A stretch of DNA of 64,000 nucleotides from Lama glama (lineage: Eukaryota): the NCBI GenBank assembly GCA_028534125.1, contig CM052818.1, positions 48,486,001-48,550,000 of the forward strand, read 5' to 3'. Below the pieces are notes generated by a model. The model made no database searches. It was not told where the DNA came from and saw only the letters and a list, made by a program, of their open reading frames with translations. Position 1 is the first letter of the stretch, and each line of letters begins with the position of its first letter. Positions 26,930 through 37,889 of the stretch are shown here, piece after piece. Both the position numbers and the translations under genes were made by a program.

Positions 26930-27190
26930 AAAATCCGCCGTAAGTGGACGGGCCTGCTAATGAGGAGAAAGCCTGCCTCCCCACCAGCCGTTTCCAAGGC
27001 AACGCGCGGACGGACAAGCACCACGTGCTCTGCGCCGCATCCCCGAGCCCCTCCCGCCCAGAAGAGGAAGCAGCGGGGATGGCGGACCGGCCTGAGCACA
27101 ACGCCGGAAGTGAGGAAAGCATCCGTGGAAACTCCTGGGCTGCGCCCACCGAGCCAAAGACCTCGGAGGCTCCCACGCAGAGCGGTGCAG
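26930..27190. promoter_or_regulatory. CpG-rich promoter/enhancer-like patch with an ETS site
   Basis: CpG cluster; GCCGGAAGTG at 27103-27112 (ETS/GABPA consensus); GATGGCGG (YY1-like) at about 27078. Confidence 0.5.
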
Positions 27191-27770
27191 TTTCTAAAGC
27201 TCTGGTGGGACTCTCCTTTGGCCTTTTAGATAGAAGGGGACCTGTTCCTTCATCCTTTATGAATCCTGAATGACAGCATGTTTTTTATTTGCCAGTGACA
27301 TTGTAAATCATTGTTTCCAGCCTTTCCAAGGGCATCAGAACTGGAGGAGGTGAAGGGTCTTGTCTCAGGGGGTTCTGTGAGCTGCTATGAGAACGCAGGC
27401 ATGGACCAGGGGGCCCTTGTCCCTGGGAGACCGGCATTTAGAGACAGATTAGGAAGAGAAGCCAACAGACTGAGAATCCAGCGCAGGAGGAAGAGTTTAA
27501 GCGGCGGGGTCTGTGGAGTCCTTGGGGCGTCCAGGCGCATGACTGTGGCAGCCGGGACCGGAAGATGCTTCTAGAAAGCAGAGATCGCAAGACAGGATGA
27601 CCAATGAAAAGGCTGTAATAATTGTCAAGAAAAAATGGCAAGGGCATAAAATAGAGCAATGCCTTTCAGAATAGAGAGGAGTGGGCAACAGTGAGAAACA
27701 CCACAGAAGTACAATGGACCAGGCGAATTTGTCATCTTGTTTTTTCTTTTTCTTTTTTTTTTTTTTTTAG

Positions 27771-27899
27771 GTTTAAGACTGATCATCAAACGCCTGATTG
27801 CAGAAGTAATGCGATGTGACTAATGGTTTTGCATAATGAATGGCCTTGGTATCAGCCAGCAGGAAGCCAGCTTTGGAGGAAAAATCTTTCAGTTCTCAA
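27771..27899 (+). other. Candidate non-coding exon (129 nt)
   Basis: About 30-nt T tract plus AG (27740-27770); donor CAA|GTATGT; stops in all three frames. Confidence 0.25.
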
Positions 27900-28759
27900 G
27901 TATGTGAGGCCCTGACTTCTGATTCCAAATCCCCCACCCCCAATGCCTTCTGCAGAAGCATCTCAAAGAAGCCAGGAGACACAGAAGAGATCCTGCAGAA
28001 GTGAACATAGATCCCATCTTTGCAGGAAGCTTAGCTATCTCATTATAAAGTTATCTCCCCTGGCACAATATTGCAGAATTTCAGCCAAAAACATCTGTAT
28101 CTTTCTTATTGAACATCTCTTAACACAGAGATTTTTCTGGAAGTTGCAACCTGTCGAGATGCAAACAGATTTAAGTGTTCAAAATAGAAAGTCATCCTAA
28201 TTATGCAGGAAGATAATCAAGGGCTAGACATGCGAATCATTTTCAAAGTTCTTAAAAAAGAAAGGAGGAGAGTTACAGATGAAAAGAAGATATGGGTTGA
28301 ATGTATGTATTTCCTGTTCACTCTGTCTGTGGACTTTGCTGTCAGTACTTAGGAAATTTCAATGACAGAGAAGCCTCAAGTGAGACGTCAGCGTGGCTGG
28401 ACTATTTGCTTTAACTATATAATCCAACACAGCAGGATGAGGAAGGACTGGGGGCAGGGGGCTGCCCGAAAGGTGATGCAAGCATCATGAAACACCAGAC
28501 ATGCGGCTCAGAGAAAGGGTTCCAGTCTGGAAGCCTTTGCTTCTTGTCCTGTGAAAAGATAAATACTTCTACAAGGAGAGGCAGCTAAAACCTAGCAAAT
28601 GTTTGATACCCAAAGATTTTCAAAATCTTCTCAAATCTCTAAACTGGTGATCTTTCTTGCTGATATGTATTCAAATCTGCTCTGTGCTAATCTGTATGTG
28701 GTGGTGTCTTAACCCTCAAAACAACGCACTACGCAACATTCTTTTTCTGTTTTTCAGAA

Positions 28760-29340
28760 AAAGCAAATGACCTTTATTTAAAAAAAAGAGTAATTTTATC
28801 AGCTTCTGTAGGACGGGCAGGCATGACAAATGATCAGACTGGGTTTTTTCCCCCCTCCTTTTTTTTTTTTTTTACAGCCATTTCTGGTTCTCTGCACCTG
28901 ATATTTGACATCCAGGACGTGTGAGATGTTGCTAATTAAAACTGAAAGTAGTATTTTAATAAAAAGAGAGGAAAAGAGACCGGAGAGCTTCACTTTTTAT
29001 CACAACGCTGGGTGGAAAATGTGCTTCTTTCTAAACACAACTGGTGTTAGGCATCCAGCCTCCCTGAGTGACATTCCGCCTCATTTGGCCACGTCAGGCC
29101 TCAGCTCGGAATAAGAAACAAGAGAATATGTTTTTTCCATCAGTGGCGGAGGGAGATTGACATTTAAAATGGCTGCTCTGATGTTAATGTTGTGAAACCC
29201 CCTTCCTTTCTAAGTGACCTGTTTGAATGCAGCAGCTGTCAGTCTGTTTCATCTTCGCCTGCCAACATTTATCTTGTCAGAGCTCATATGAGCTGGCGGA
29301 GCTGACACGGTGAGAGGGACAGGTAATTGAGAACCGAGAG
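28760..29340. promoter_or_regulatory. Enhancer-like block with no recognisable repeats
   Basis: Seven TGACA/TGTCA sites, several TAATT sites, E-boxes CAGCTG and CATATG. Confidence 0.4.
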
Positions 29341-29422
29341 ACGGAGCTCTTTGGAGGAACTGCATGTCGGCAACGTGACCTGCCTGGCCCAGGAGGTGGC
29401 CTGAGAATGCCTGTATCTAGAA

Positions 29423-29558
29423 TTTCTTCCTTCCTTCCTTCCTTCCTCCCTTCCTTCCTCCCTTCCTTCCTTCCTTCCTTCCTTCCTTCCTTCCTCTCTT
29501 CCTTCCTCCCTTCCTTCCTTCCTTCCTTCCTTCCTTCCTTCCTTCCTTCCTTTCTTTT

Positions 29559-29657
<99 letters not shown>

Positions 29658-29676
29658 CTTTTTTTTTTCTTTTTTT
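29423..29676. repeat. Compound (CCTT)n-(CTTT)n microsatellite; 254-bp pure pyrimidine tract
   Basis: Directly visible. Confidence 0.98.
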
Positions 29677-29681
29677 GCAAG

Positions 29682-29760
29682 CCCACCAGTCAGAATGGCC
29701 ATCACTGAAAAGGGTGTGGAGAAAAGGGAACCCTCCTATGCTGCTGGTGGGAACATAATT
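29682..29760 (+). mobile_element. Short internal L1 ORF2 fragment
   Basis: CACCAGTCAGAATGGCCATCA...GGGTGTGGAGAAAAGGGAACCCTCCTA...TGGTGGGAA. Confidence 0.8.
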
Positions 29761-30637
29761 TAGAATTTCTGATGAGGCTCACTGCTGGCATTCTCCACCA
29801 CAGACCTCTGCAAATGAGTCAAAGACTGTGCGAAATTCAGAAATCATGACATCTGAACTTATTACTCTGACTAAGGCCCCTGCGAGGATTGAGTGTGTGC
29901 TCGGAGTGTTCTGAGGCAGTGAGAATTTTATGATATTCTTTTTAGTAAATGTAACATTTAATGTCACTTCATATTTTTAATTTTAATTTTTTACCTCATT
30001 TGTGTCTGTACTTCTAAGTGCTTATGACGTTTCCCATTACAAAATACTCAGTGCTGTACATTCGGAAAACAAAGAAAAGCAGGAACAAGAAGTTGTCAGA
30101 TCAGCGCAGTGCCACGCTCCAGAAACAATAACGACTGGCGTTTGTGTGCACTGTCACTCCAAGTTGTGTGTAGAGACTTACTGATACTTAATATGGATGT
30201 CATCAGACTGTAACTTTGCCTCCTGTTCTTTTATTGTTTATTATAATATAAATCTTTTCATATTGTTATTACAAACTTACCGTAAACATGCTTTAAATGA
30301 CTGCAGAATTATCTCCTCGTAACTTACTTCCCTGGGACCCTCATTACCCTATTGTTGGACATTCAGACTGCTTGCAGCTTTTCAGTTACACGTATGCTGC
30401 AAGAAACACTTGCACAGAAAGGCGATTCAGTTCTTTGGGTAATTTCTTAGGCCACGCTGTCAGCAATAAAACGATCAGGTCAAAGTGTTTAAAATTTTCA
30501 ACAGGCCTTGGTCCCTGCAGCCAAATTGCCTTCCACTAAGATTTCATGAGACAACTGGTGTGTATTAATAGAATTTTGACATTTTATATACGATGTATAT
30601 ATTTATAGTGTCAAATGGATGTGTATGTGTATATATA

Positions 30638-30748
30638 GCTAATTAAAACAAAGTAATATTTTAATGAAAAAGACTAGAGGAGAAATTTACCTTCTATCAC
30701 AACACCAAGTGGAAAATGTGCCTCTTTTTAAACACAATCGGTCTTAGG
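30638..30748 (+). repeat. Diverged direct copy of 28931-29051
   Basis: Shared GCTAATTAAAAC..AAAGTA.TATTTTAAT and TATCACAAC...GTGGAAAATGTGC.TCTTT.TAAACACAA..GGT.TTAGG. Confidence 0.9.
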
Positions 30749-30834
30749 TTTTATATATACACACACATACATAGTGTCATATATATACGTATTTTAAAAA
30801 TAGTTTATTTGTTTATTATGTATCATATAATCAG

Positions 30835-30955
30835 TTTATTTTGGTGGGAGGAGGTAATTAGGTTTGTTTGTTTTTAGAGGAGAAGCTGGGGATTGAGCCC
30901 AGGACCTCGTGCAGGCTGAGCATGTGCTGTACCGCTGAGCTAAACCCTCCCCCCC
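30835..30955 (-). mobile_element. tRNA-Ala-derived SINE (camelid vic-1 type)
   Basis: Reverse complement GGGGGAGGGTTTAGCTCAGCGGTACAGCACATGCTCAGCCTGCACGAGGTCCTGGGCTCAATCCCCAG has A and B boxes and an AAAC/CCTAATTACC tail. Confidence 0.9.
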
Positions 30956-31309
30956 ACATACATATTTATATAGTGTCAAGTAGATATCCTGGGTTGTTTT
31001 AGAAAATATTGTCACTGTATTCATTTCATTGATTGAACCTACATGATGGCTTTTCTAATGGAAATATTATCAGTTAAAGCAGAAGTGCCTTTACTGGAAG
31101 GCTATGCAGCCGGTCCGACGGGCTGGGTGCACCCCTGGGCACCTGACCTAATTATTTCTCGAGGAGCCTCTCAGGGAGCACCCTGCTTCCTGAGAATCAC
31201 CCGCTCACTGATTTACTAGTTCACGTGTTTGCTGGTTTGGCAAACCCGCGTGTACCCGGTGCTGAGACGCCAGGCGGGAGCCGGGGAAGCGGGCTCCTGA
31301 GTTCACCAG

Positions 31310-31579
31310 GGCGGCCGGCACATGGAAGGACAGCCGCACGTGAGCCCCGGCCGGCCGCTCAGCAGGTGTCTGTGGGGTGCAGTGACTGCTGGGCACAGGT
31401 GGCATCACACGAAGCGAAGAGAAAAGGGCTCAGCGGATCCTGCCCGAGAGCCTCGGCGCGAGCGCACCCACGAGGCCTTGGCGTTAGGCGTTTGGCCTCC
31501 AGAATTGTACGAGAATACATTTCTGTCATTTCAAGTCACCCAGTTTGTGGTTCTTTGGCCGACCCGGGAAACCAATACA
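31310..31579 (+). mobile_element. MaLR LTR (MLT1B/C-like), 3' part
   Basis: TGGCCTCCAGAATTGTACGAGAATACATTTCTGTCATTTCAAGTCACCCAGTTTGTGG...GGAAACCAATACA. Confidence 0.85.
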
Positions 31580-33404
31580 TGCACCCATCCAATTTCCTCT
31601 TCTTGGGCACATAGAAAGAGGGAGGCTGTGCCCCGGGGCCTCCTGCAGTGGGGCAGGGAATTTGTCTGGATTCCAGCCACAGGGTGTGTACCGCATCCAT
31701 ACACATCCATATATATCCATACCTGGCAATAAAATGTGCTACCCCGGCTTCCAAGTGTTCTCCATGAAGACAGCCGTGGCATGAGACTGGAGAGACCCAC
31801 CACCCTTGAGACACTGGCCTGAACCACGGCCAGGAAAAGCCATCTGACTTGCATGGAGCCATGACACGAGCCGGCAGAAATTCCCGTTGAGTCATAACTA
31901 ACATTTTGATTTCCAGGATTTTTGCTTTTATTTTTCCCTAAACGTTATTTGGTTGCTGGAAGTCAACACACTGAAATCCAGGTCTATTATCATAAAAAAC
32001 TAGAATAGGTACCACGTGTAAGTATTTGAGTAGCAGAAAGTTGATTTCAGGGACCGGAAAGATGGAGACAGGCTATGTAGTGGGAAACGGCTTGCTTAAC
32101 CTCACCTGCGGCTGGGATGGCAGGCCGGGCTCCACTCAGCCTGCCGCCTCCAGAGACGGCCGGACGGATCAGAGCGTGTCGGTGTGCCGCCTGTTACTGG
32201 CCGTGTTTATAAGGTATTACAAGAAAGAGGTGAGTGCAGGAGGGGTCAAGATGGACAGAGACGTGATACATCAAATACAGAAAACACTTCACAGAATCCA
32301 CGAAGGTCCACTGTCAGATTCTTTCTACCATGCTGCATTTTAGAAAATTTTCACAACAAAAGTAGTATTAAGAAGAGAAAGAGGAAATAAGGCAATTTGT
32401 GAAAGAAGTGAAAGGGATCGGAGAGCATCCAGAAATCCAAGGGCGTTTGGGTTGGAAAAGCTAGCAACTAGTCCTAAAACGTGAGGGATGGAATTTAAAT
32501 GGCTTTGAGCAACAAAATCCCAGGAAAAATTTTAAGTTGACTGCAGTGACTTGGTGAAAACTCGAATTGAAAACACATCTCAGTCCACTACTGCAGTTGC
32601 CTCAGAGCAGAAACATTCAGCTAGAAGAGGGACACAGGGTGAAGACAAAGAAGTGAAGCAGAAGGAGGGGGTCTGTATTTTGAGAAACAATAGGCATAGT
32701 TCTTGACAAATGAGCTGACTAGTAGCAAAGAAGTCAGAAAGAATCCAACTAAATTTTTGAGATAGTTGATTGCCAAAGAAACCGTAAGTCCATTTAAAAA
32801 ATATTTTATTGTGCAAGACTTAAAAAAAATCCTCAGATCCTCAATCTGTCCTCAATCACAGGCAGGATTTGGAGATAACAGACACCCCCAGACTGCACCC
32901 TCTGAGCGCCCATTCCCAGTATGACCCCAGAGAGGCACAGGGGAACCCCAGAAGATGGGATAGAAGGGAACTTTTCCGGGGAGAGCAATGTGGTCCCATC
33001 TCAGGAACTCCCGCCCCACCCCAGGTGGGCAATCTTCACGTGTCATCTCAGCGGACTCCTCGGCTGTGCTGAGGATGTGGTGGCTGTGTGTCTCTCACTG
33101 CTCCCTTCTCCTGCTTTCTTCTCTCTGTGCTGCCCTTGCCTACGGAGCGTGTTGGGACAGGGAGCGGGCAATCTGCATTCTTAGTTTATCTTTTGCCAGA
33201 ATCAGAAGAGCCGATCTGGGCCTGATGGCAAGAGCGGACATGTCTAGAACCAGGTGGGGAGCTGAGGGGCTCCCCCTGGAGGGGCTTGCTGTGTCCTGTG
33301 AGTGGGGAGAAGGGGGCAACTGTGCTCGGAAGAAGGGCTGTGATGTAGACTGGGTCGGCGCTCCACCCAGGTCCTCCCTGGATACAAAGGGCCATGTCAG
33401 CCTT

Positions 33405-33680
33405 TACACATCTCCTTCTCAGTGTGGTGGGAGCCACGTGGCGGAGCTCCTCCGTCTACGAAATGTGGGCAGAGATGATGTTAACCGTTTCCAGGTCCGC
33501 ACTGCCCAGCCTTCTGTGCTCTTGCTTTCCTGCTCTGGTGAACGTGGGGGGCACATGTTGGAGGAAGGCATGTCACGGAGTGGAAGGACCCTGGATCACT
33601 GAGTCAGCCCAGAGGAGAGCAGCCCAGAATTTCCACCAGTCCCACATCAGCCTGTTCCGGGGGCCAACGTGAGGCTCTTC
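33405..33680 (+). mobile_element. Old MaLR LTR (MLT1J-like) remnant
   Basis: GAAATGTGGGCAGAGATGATG...TTCCAGG...GGAAGGACCCTGGATCACTGAGTCA. Confidence 0.6.
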
Positions 33681-34735
33681 TGCAGAAGGAGCTTAGTATA
33701 CTTTGATGTTGACTGGTTGCCACCCCGCTGCCCAGCCTGGGGGTCACCAGCTGAGCAGTCCTTCCCGGAACGTGCTTGTGTTGGCCCATCTCTCCAGCGG
33801 CATGGCCCTGCAGACTAGGTCGGACACGCCTGACTGCGTCACAGACACGGCCCCTGCCTTACCCCTGGGTCCCGTGCCCCTCAGTCCTGGCTGCCTTCAT
33901 CCCACAAGCAAACGCCAAGATCAGCTCCAGGCCAGCATCACCCCAGCCACAGACGTCACCACCCGTTAACCCTACCAGGAAGCTATCAGCACTGCCAACC
34001 TGGGGACTCAGGGGGCTTTATTGCTTTGGTTTCTCACTTTGCATACGATTTACGGACTAGAGGGGTAGAACCAGGATTCAATTTCAGGTGCACTCACCGC
34101 GGTCAGTGCACTTCCCCCCCCTATTGACGGGGGGCGTCCGTCTCCGTGGCTGATCTTACTGTTGATGCCCTTCTGACCTCCCCGTGGGTCCCCGTTTCCT
34201 CTGTGGCAGTGACCTCCAGTTACTTACAGCCTGCCCTGCGACTGAATAAGACACGCAAAAGCCACTCATCATATGCTTTCCCACTATTTTTAACATCGCT
34301 CTTTGGTTCTGAGCCAATTTCCTAAAGAGTCAGATATTAAACATTTTTAGAGTGAATTATAACCCCTCAGACACAACCGTTCACAACTTCGAAGGGATAA
34401 GGAAGGCGCGAGCAGGGCCCTGACCTACTGACCTGTCAGACCCGAAACGCTCCCTGGCCAGGCCGGACCTTTGCAGGAGGGGGGCGGGGAGAGGCCTCGC
34501 AATAAAGAAAAGAGGAAAATAATCCAGTTGAAGTCATGAGGGGTAATTTTTTTAACAGCCTGGTCATTTTAGGCCAATGTCTCACTTATCTGCCAACGCA
34601 GTTTCTAATCCTGGTGGTGTCACCCTGTCTGTATTTTTTCAGACAAAACTTGGGGTCGGCATTCTCTCTGAGAATGACAGTGCGGGGCAGGAGCTGGCAG
34701 TCGCACGCACCCTGCAGGGGAACGTTCGGTGTGTG

Positions 34736-35099
34736 ACCCTCGGCTGGCTCCAGCTGCCATGACGCAGCCCCGCGGACCGGGGGCTTAAGCGGCAGACGCT
34801 GGTTTCCCGCAGCGCTGGGCGCTGGGACGTCCGGGGCCAAGGTGCTGGCAGGTTCGGTCCCTGGGGAGAGCCTCCTCCTGGTCTGCAGAGGGCCGCCGCC
34901 TCACGGCGCCTTCCCGTGGTAGAGAGAGGCTCTTCCTCCTCTTCTCGTCTGGACACTGATTCCACGGTGGAGAACCCGCCCTCATGACTTCACATAAACC
35001 TGATTTCCTCCCCGAGGCCCATCTTCCGAATACCGACGTATTGGAAGTTAGAGTCTCAACACACAAATTTCGGAGGTACCAAACATTCAGGGCATTAAA
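34736..35099 (-). mobile_element. MaLR solo LTR (MLT1A-like), strongly GC-shifted in 34736-34920
   Basis: CCCGCCCTCATGACTTCACATAAACCTGATTTCCTCCCC...TTAGAGTCTCAACACACAAATTT...AAACATTCAG; collinear with the MLT1 copies at 53238 and 62289. Confidence 0.88.
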
Positions 35100-36824
35100 A
35101 TGCCTAATTTGACCACAGCTCTCCTCTAAATAACCAATTCCATCAGGTCAAACAAATGAAAGGGCATGCTGAAATCTCCATTAAAAAATCCTATAAGCTA
35201 CCTTATCCTCTACAGGAAATCACCAAGTCTCCTCCGTGCCTTTAACCATCTTCATCACACACATATCCCTGTGACGTTTAACGTAGAAGGAAAAAAAAAA
35301 AACCAAAAACGCGATACGGAGCTATTTTTGTCTGGCCATCCCAGCAGAGATGGTGTTCCTTGCTGCATGAACTTTTAGTATTGATCTTTAAAAAGCATAA
35401 CCAAAAATCTATTTGAGACTCTGCATTGAAAATCGTTCATAAACTCTGCCTGTGTTGTTTGATGTGCTAGGTCCCTGTGGCTTGAAATTCCATGAACTGG
35501 CTTTGCATTCTGGGTAGGAGGGCCACACATTAACTGTTTGGGACTTATTGTTTATTAATAGCATAAAGCATCAACAGGTACGAAGTGGAGATGTGAGCCT
35601 CTGTCGCTCTCATCTCAGAATCAGTCCGGCCCACTCACGGACGGTGACTCTTGCTAATTAAATGCAGCTCGGGGTACCCGCCTGTGGGTGACCTGGGCGT
35701 GGGGGAGGCTCACGCAGATCGAGGGTGAGGCTTGTAAGAAGCCAGAGAGCCTTTCCTTTACACACCCTCATCTCTCTGAGTCCATTTCCTTTCTTTCTCA
35801 AACTGCACTCCCACCTAATTATTATCCTTAAGATGTTAAAGTGCTTAGTGTCTCAGAAAGGCAGTGAAGTCCTCAGGCTGATGGAAAAGTGGTGCCTCTT
35901 CCCCTTCATGGTCTATGTTGCTGTCCAGTCCCAGAGTCCTTGAATGATCGACTGGAGGCATTCACTGCCTTCCGCCCTGGGAGAGGATTTGGGGGCCCAC
36001 TTAGACGGATTGTTCAAAGGAAAAGGAAGAGAAATAGAAAAAAATCACACTTGCAAAAATCTCAATGATTTGGACCAAAACAAAAGCAACAACAACAAAA
36101 AAAACAAATTCTAGAGACTGTCTTGTGTTCAGCATTTTCTGGGCCATGATTTCTACCATCTACGTCCCTAGACACAGCTCTGGCCAGCCCTCACTGGGGT
36201 TGAGCAGAGTGACTCTGAGGCCCTGAGTACCACCCAGTAACTCTCAGATTTTTCTGAGTGAAACATCAGTGTCAGCCCCAGGCCCACTAACGTGGCCTCC
36301 TCTCTACGCCCCTTTCCAGAGGGTCTCCCAAATCCCTCTCCTGGGCACCAGGCTTCCATGGAGCGTGAGTGTTACCAGTGCACTAGGTGAATTGGAAGAG
36401 GGTTTTCAAAATCAAAGGGCTAGAATTGAACATAAGTAATGAAAATAATGGTCAAGTTAATTTTGCCAGAAAGTCAGTTATTCATAACCAATCCTACCTT
36501 CCTGTTTTGGGCAAGAGATTCTTTGCTGGATTTTCCAGTCAGAAACATAACCGTGTGTGGATTCCTTCCAGACACACTGCCCTGGCCCTTGGGGTAAGCA
36601 GTGAACTCTGTGTGTTCAAACTTTTGATCTTCTCATCTTACTCTGGTTTTAATTCTATCCTTGGGACTTGATGTAGGAGAAACTTATTTTAATTTTAAAA
36701 TATTTTGCTTTATTGAGAAATAATTGACAAATAAAATTGTATTATATTTAAAGTGGGCAACGTGATGAGCTGATCTGCATCTACACTGTGAAATGATGGG
36801 CACAGTGATCCCCTCACAGAGCTG

Positions 36825-36988
36825 CTTCTTCCTCTTCCTCTTCCTCTTCTTCCTCTTCCTCTTCTTCCTCTTCTTCCTCTTCCTCTTCTTCTTCCTCTTC
36901 CTCTTCCTCTTCTTCCTCTTCCTCTTCTTCTTCCTCTTCCTCTTCCTCTTCTTCCTCTTCCTCTTCTTCTTCTTTTTTTTCTTTTTCC
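36825..36988. repeat. (CTT/CTC)n triplet-type repeat; 164-bp pure pyrimidine tract
   Basis: Directly visible. Confidence 0.97.
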
Positions 36989-37765
36989 ATAAAAGTGCTT
37001 AATTAAGATCTACTCTCGGCAAATTTCAAGTACACAGCACAGTATTATTGACCACAGTCGCCAAGCTATACATTAGATTCTCAGAACTTCCCTTGTCACT
37101 GAAGGTCTGTTCCCTCTGCCCAACACCCCCCCACCCCCCCCCGCCCCCAACCAGCCCCGGCAGCCATTCTGCTCTCCGTTTCTATGAATTAAGTCGAGTC
37201 GTTGTTTGTTTTGTTTTTAGACTCCATGTGTAAGGGACACCATACACACAGTTTTTGTCTTTCCCTGTAAGGCTTATTTGACTTGGCACAATGCCTTCCA
37301 GTTTCATCCATGTTGTTACAAAAGACAAGATTTCCCTCTATTTTAGGTTTGGAATAATATTCCATTGTGTGTATATAAATAAATACATTGTGTGTGTATA
37401 TACATACACATAAAAACACACACACACACATACACACACACACGCACAAACATACAGTCCTTCCCTCTCAACTGTCAGTGGACACATAGGCTGTTTCTGC
37501 ATCTTGGCTGCCATGACTAATGCTGCAACAAACATGGGAGTGTGGATATTGCTTCAAGAGCACAGCTTTATTTCTTTTCAATATATATTCAGAAGCGGAA
37601 TTGCTGGGTCACAGAGTAGCTCATTTTTTTTTTTGAGGAACTCTCATATTTTCCAAAGCGCCTGGACTGAGTTACATTCCTGGCAACCGTGTGCAGTGGT
37701 TCCTTTTTCTCCGTATCCCCAGGGACAATTGTTATCTCTTGTCTTTTTTTTACAATTGATATTCT

Positions 37766-37889
37766 TTGTGGGGGGAGAGTAATTCGGTTGTATTTGCTTA
37801 TTTTATTTATTTATTTCTTTTAGAGGGGGTTCGGGGGACTGAACCCAGGACCTTGTGCATGCTGAGCACTACTGAGCTATCCCCACCCC
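37766..37889 (-). mobile_element. vic-1-type SINE inserted into L1
   Basis: GGGGACTGAACCCAGGACCTTGTGCATGCTGAGCA...CTGAGCTATCCCC; TSD TACAATTGATATTCT (37751-37765) / TATAATTGATACTCT (37890-37904). Confidence 0.9.

Noticed and set aside
29277..29763. KERK/EGRK and FLPS/FFLS repeat ORFs
   Set aside because: Translations of the (CCTT)/(CTTT) microsatellite
30880..30955. tRNA-Ala-like sequence (also at about 37.8 and 50.0 kb)
   Set aside because: Degenerate stems, shared non-tRNA tail and TSD indicate SINE copies, not tRNA genes
32988..33602. 204-aa ORF
   Set aside because: Runs into an MLT1 LTR remnant; no recognisable homology
36793..37002. Phe/Leu-rich ORF and antisense poly-Glu frame
   Set aside because: Microsatellite inside an L1 3'UTR
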